From contig JAYWGM010000070.1 of NCBI GenBank assembly GCA_043778225.1, forward strand, positions 15,831-79,830: a stretch of DNA of 64,000 nucleotides, written 5' to 3'. This DNA comes from Deinococcales bacterium. GTDB taxonomy: Bacteria; Deinococcota; Deinococci; Deinococcales; JAAFIG01. The notes beneath the pieces were generated by a model that did no database searches, was not told the origin of the DNA, and saw only the letters and a list, made by a program, of their open reading frames with translations. Shown here one piece after another: positions 60,900 to 64,000 of this stretch (position 1 is the first letter of the stretch; the number at the start of each line of letters is the position of its first letter). A program made the position numbers and the translations under genes.

Positions 60900-63230
60900 A
60901 TGCCCGATTTTGACTTAACAGAGAATTACAAAGAAATTCGATTAGACCAAATTAAAGATGAGGTTAAAGAGTTCCATCCATTATTGATGCAGCTTTTTCA
61001 AAAACTCCCTCGTGTACTGGATGTTGAATATACACATGGAACTCAAGAATTTGGAGCTGACATTATACTTCAGCGCGATGAAGAGATTCTTGGTAATTCA
61101 GAATATATTGGTATTGTTATCAAGTCGAAACCGATTAAACAAGATTTGGCTGAAATAATCAGGCAAATTGACGAGTGCTTCCAAATTCCAAGAACTTTTA
61201 AGAATGGCAAAGAAAACATCAGGATTTCTACTGTGTGGGTTGTAACGAACTCAAAAATTGAACATAATGCAAAAGTAAAAATCAATTCTCAGTTTGCAAG
61301 TAGAAAAGTTGAATTTGTGGATGGTAGTCGTATCAAATCACTCATAGACAAATATCTACCGTCTTATTGGTCAAACATCGATTATGTCATTGGTAATTTC
61401 CTCTCCATATCCTTGTCTAAAGTTTCTTCTGATGACGAAAAAGCTAGTCTACTTAGTGAGATTGACGATGAATTTTACATTGAACAAGATATTTACTTGC
61501 TGCCAGAAAATCCGAAAATTAAACGAAAGACCTTTAAATTCAAGCCTACGAATCAAAAAATTGACATTTTTAGCATTATTGAAAAAGAAGATTTTATTCT
61601 TGTAGAAGGAGGAATGGGTTTCGGCAAATCCAAACTTCTCAGAAAAGTGTGTAGCCACTATTTGAAACCCGAAATTTTTTTGGCTTCAAATATAATTCCC
61701 ATACTTATCCCATTCAAAGATTTTTTCGATAAATATGAAATGAAGTTGGAAAATCTAATTTCTGCTTTAGTGCCAAAGGATGTAATTGAAAAATTTTCAG
61801 GTGGGCAATTTTTATTCTTAATTGATGGATTTGACGAAAAAAGAAGCGAAAATCATGACCGACTCAAGCAAATCCAAGAACTGCGCCAAGACCTAGCTAA
61901 ACTAGAATTCGGGAAAATACTTTTGAGTACAAGAAGTTTAAGGGGATTAGATATTTCAACGCTTGATTTACCTAAGTCTTCCCGCTTAGAAATACAACCA
62001 CTATCTTTAAGGTCGACATTGCAGTTCATCAATCGATATTGCAAAAAATTCAACATAAGCGAGAATATTCTGGAAGACATAAAGAATTCACCTTTATTTT
62101 TTAATCTGCCTCAAAGCCCGATAGCAGCAATTTTATTGGCAAAGTTAATAACTGAAAATTCTCAAGATATTCCTTCAAACTTGACTGAACTCTATTCAAA
62201 ATATACTGAGCTGTCATTAGGGCGTTGGGACTTAAATAAAGGACTACAGTCTCAAAAAGAGTATGAAGTGATATTTGCAATCATTCAAGAAATTTCAGTT
62301 TATAGTGTAGATAACGAATTCCCCCCTATATCTTCAGAAGAAGTAAAAGGTTTTTTTGTAAACTATTTGGCAAAAAGAAACTTAGGAATTACTGCCGAAG
62401 AATTACATAACAAATTAGTAAGTAGGTCAGATATTATTTTTGAGGATCAAACTACCAATATGTTCACTTTTCGACATAAGACCTTTGCGGAATTTTTTTA
62501 TGCAAAAAGCAAGCTAGGTGCAAAAGCAATTTCAATTGACCAAAAAGCCTTTGATTTCTATTGGGGAGAGGTATATTTTTTCTACTTGGGTCTAATCAAA
62601 GATGCTCCAAATGAGATAAAAATGCTTCGAGAATTAGTTCTTGAAAATGAATTCTCGGAGTTTATTAGAATTGTCTATCTGGGAAATTACATGATGGCTG
62701 CCTACACAACTCCGTATGAAGAAGTCATTGAAACATTGAAATTTATTGCTCTGAGGGCTTCAAACTTATACCTAGCAATTTCATCAGATGGGTCGCAGAC
62801 ATTTTTTGATAATTTATTTGCCAATTTGGAAATAACTAAAGGGCAGCTATTAAGATTCTTCAAATTTTTAATTAAACATAGCTATTCTTTTAAATTTTTT
62901 GAACAGGCTATTCAAGAAGCCATTCTTCGGATTGCCGTTGATACTCATTCGTCTGATGATGAAAAATCTTATGCAGCTTTTTTTCTAGCAAGTATTTCAT
63001 TTGAAAAACAGCAGGACGCTTTAAATTTGTTCATATCTAATATTAAAAATATTCCTATGGAAATTAGGTACATACTGTTAAACGACTCAGGTAAAAAACC
63101 TTTGGATTTAAGTCAAGCAATTAAAAAACTTAATAGAAAGACCGAAAAAGCGCTTAAAAACGCAAATCTAGGCTCAACTATAGCTAAAATTTTAGATTCA
63201 CCAATTAAAAATTCTAAAATCCCAAAATAG
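60900..63230 (+). CDS. Mrr-like nuclease domain fused to NACHT/STAND NTPase (candidate defence protein)
   Basis: N-terminal HG..EFGADI...YIGIVIK; Walker A GGMGFGKS; Walker B LFLIDGFDE; FTFRHKTFAEFF; AT-rich and CTCGAG-free. Confidence 0.75.
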   Translation: MPDFDLTENYKEIRLDQIKDEVKEFHPLLMQLFQKLPRVLDVEYTHGTQEFGADIILQRDEEILGNSEYIGIVIKSKPIKQDLAEIIRQIDECFQIPRTFKNGKENIRISTVWVVTNSKIEHNAKVKINSQFASRKVEFVDGSRIKSLIDKYLPSYWSNIDYVIGNFLSISLSKVSSDDEKASLLSEIDDEFYIEQDIYLLPENPKIKRKTFKFKPTNQKIDIFSIIEKEDFILVEGGMGFGKSKLLRKVCSHYLKPEIFLASNIIPILIPFKDFFDKYEMKLENLISALVPKDVIEKFSGGQFLFLIDGFDEKRSENHDRLKQIQELRQDLAKLEFGKILLSTRSLRGLDISTLDLPKSSRLEIQPLSLRSTLQFINRYCKKFNISENILEDIKNSPLFFNLPQSPIAAILLAKLITENSQDIPSNLTELYSKYTELSLGRWDLNKGLQSQKEYEVIFAIIQEISVYSVDNEFPPISSEEVKGFFVNYLAKRNLGITAEELHNKLVSRSDIIFEDQTTNMFTFRHKTFAEFFYAKSKLGAKAISIDQKAFDFYWGEVYFFYLGLIKDAPNEIKMLRELVLENEFSEFIRIVYLGNYMMAAYTTPYEEVIETLKFIALRASNLYLAISSDGSQTFFDNLFANLEITKGQLLRFFKFLIKHSYSFKFFEQAIQEAILRIAVDTHSSDDEKSYAAFFLASISFEKQQDALNLFISNIKNIPMEIRYILLNDSGKKPLDLSQAIKKLNRKTEKALKNANLGSTIAKILDSPIKNSKIPK

Positions 63231-63271
63231 CTGCTTTGAATAATACTCAATTCGGTTTTCCTAAAGCCCTT

Positions 63272-63613
63272 TCACCGTGGGCGCAACTCAAGATGAACTT
63301 CTAAGTCCAAAGCCGCCGCATAGCGCGTCAGGGTTTTTAACTCGAGGTTCGCATGGGCTTGCTCGAGTTGCGAAACTCTGGCTTTACTGACCTGTAAAAC
63401 TTTTGCCACATTATCCAGCGTTAAACCACGTTTGACTCGAGCTTCTTTGAGCATTGCACCAATTTGTTTGCCAATGGTTATTTGTTCAACTCGAGCGCGA
63501 ATTTCTTGTGGGGTGCTGACCTCGAGTAAACCTTTTGGTGGTGTTCCTTTGATTTCGCCAGTGGCAATTTCTTCGGCACTAAATTCGGCTAGTAAAGCAG
63601 CTAGTTTATTCAT
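63272..63613 (-). CDS. XRE/HTH antitoxin (HigA-like)
   Basis: LKEARVKRGLTLDNVAKVLQVSKARVSQLE. Confidence 0.8.
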   Translation of the reverse strand: MNKLAALLAEFSAEEIATGEIKGTPPKGLLEVSTPQEIRARVEQITIGKQIGAMLKEARVKRGLTLDNVAKVLQVSKARVSQLEQAHANLELKTLTRYAAALDLEVHLELRPR

Positions 63614-63999
63614 GATGACCTCTCTTTCATGACTCTAGGGTTGTGTTTGAAGGCTAAGGCAACCTCGAGAACTTCAATAAGTTTTGCCTCGCTTGGTTCG
63701 TCACCATCTTTTATTTCTGCATTGACGATGACCGCAGCCGTTTTGGTTTCTGGTGTGTAAAAAAATAGGTACACTCGAGCGCCACCTTTTTGTCCACCTC
63801 GAGAACGGGTTTTTAATGCCCAGACCAAATTGTTTTTCATTTTTTTGAGAAATCTCGAGTCTCTTCCCATTTGGTGTAAATCGGTTAGCATTTCAATCAT
63901 CGAGTCATACCGAATTAACTTAATCACTCTCGTTTGCCAAAAAACGGCAAACTGCCGTTCTCGCGTTAAATTCGGTATCGTTAATACTCCCGTTGGTCG
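63610..63999 (-). CDS. RelE/HigB-like toxin; frame open to the window end, contains a TIR element
   Basis: LVWALK...GGARVYLFF motif; ATGA overlap with the HTH gene; true start uncertain. Confidence 0.55.
   Translation of the reverse strand, partial: RPTGVLTIPNLTRERQFAVFWQTRVIKLIRYDSMIEMLTDLHQMGRDSRFLKKMKNNLVWALKTRSRGGQKGGARVYLFFYTPETKTAAVIVNAEIKDGDEPSEAKLIEVLEVALAFKHNPRVMKERSS
63907..63978. mobile_element. 72-bp MITE-like element with terminal inverted repeats
   Basis: ATACCGAATTAAC ... GTTAAATTCGGTAT; internal hairpin GTTTGCC-N7-GGCAAAC; first 27 nt match the 36369 element at 22 positions. Confidence 0.7.
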
Positions 64000-64000
64000 G

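Noticed and set aside
1..64000. CTCGAG excess as a cloning or assembly artefact (XhoI linkers)
   Set aside because: Sites lie in frame within intact conserved genes (recF, mutS2, mfd) and are missing from compositionally foreign genes
1..64000. CRISPR array, rRNA, tRNA, riboswitch, intact transposase
   Set aside because: None recognised by eye; a covariance-model scan could still find small RNAs
1..64000. Numerous 60-180 aa overlapping ORFs in the track
   Set aside because: Antisense or alternative-frame shadows of motif-supported genes, with no recognisable motifs

Overview
Chromosomal 64 kb window of a ~50% GC bacterium, most likely Deinococcota (inferred from the SPOR-rex linkage, recF-DUF721 pair, Deinococcus-type Mfd insertion and many apparently leaderless genes). 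It is mostly housekeeping and metabolic genes (dtd, acpS, recF, mscL, nagA, rex, mutS2, mfd, pullulanase, sugar, polyamine and metal ABC components). I found no rRNA, tRNA, CRISPR array or intact transposase. The main unexplained signals are: (1) extreme iteration of the palindrome CTCGAG (26 copies hand-counted in the first 3 kb versus <1 expected), in all reading frames, while GGCC and GATC are avoided; (2) three perfect DnaA boxes interleaved with CTCGAG sites inside an ORF at 8250-8307; (3) two AT-rich, CTCGAG-free genes, one a PD-(D/E)xK-like nuclease-NACHT fusion (candidate anti-phage NLR-like protein) next to a toxin-antitoxin pair; (4) a family of short ATACC...GGTAT terminal-inverted-repeat elements, one in frame inside a toxin-like ORF; (5) several deletion scars (potB/C/D, araC, parD-like). 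All product calls are from motif recognition only; no database search was run.
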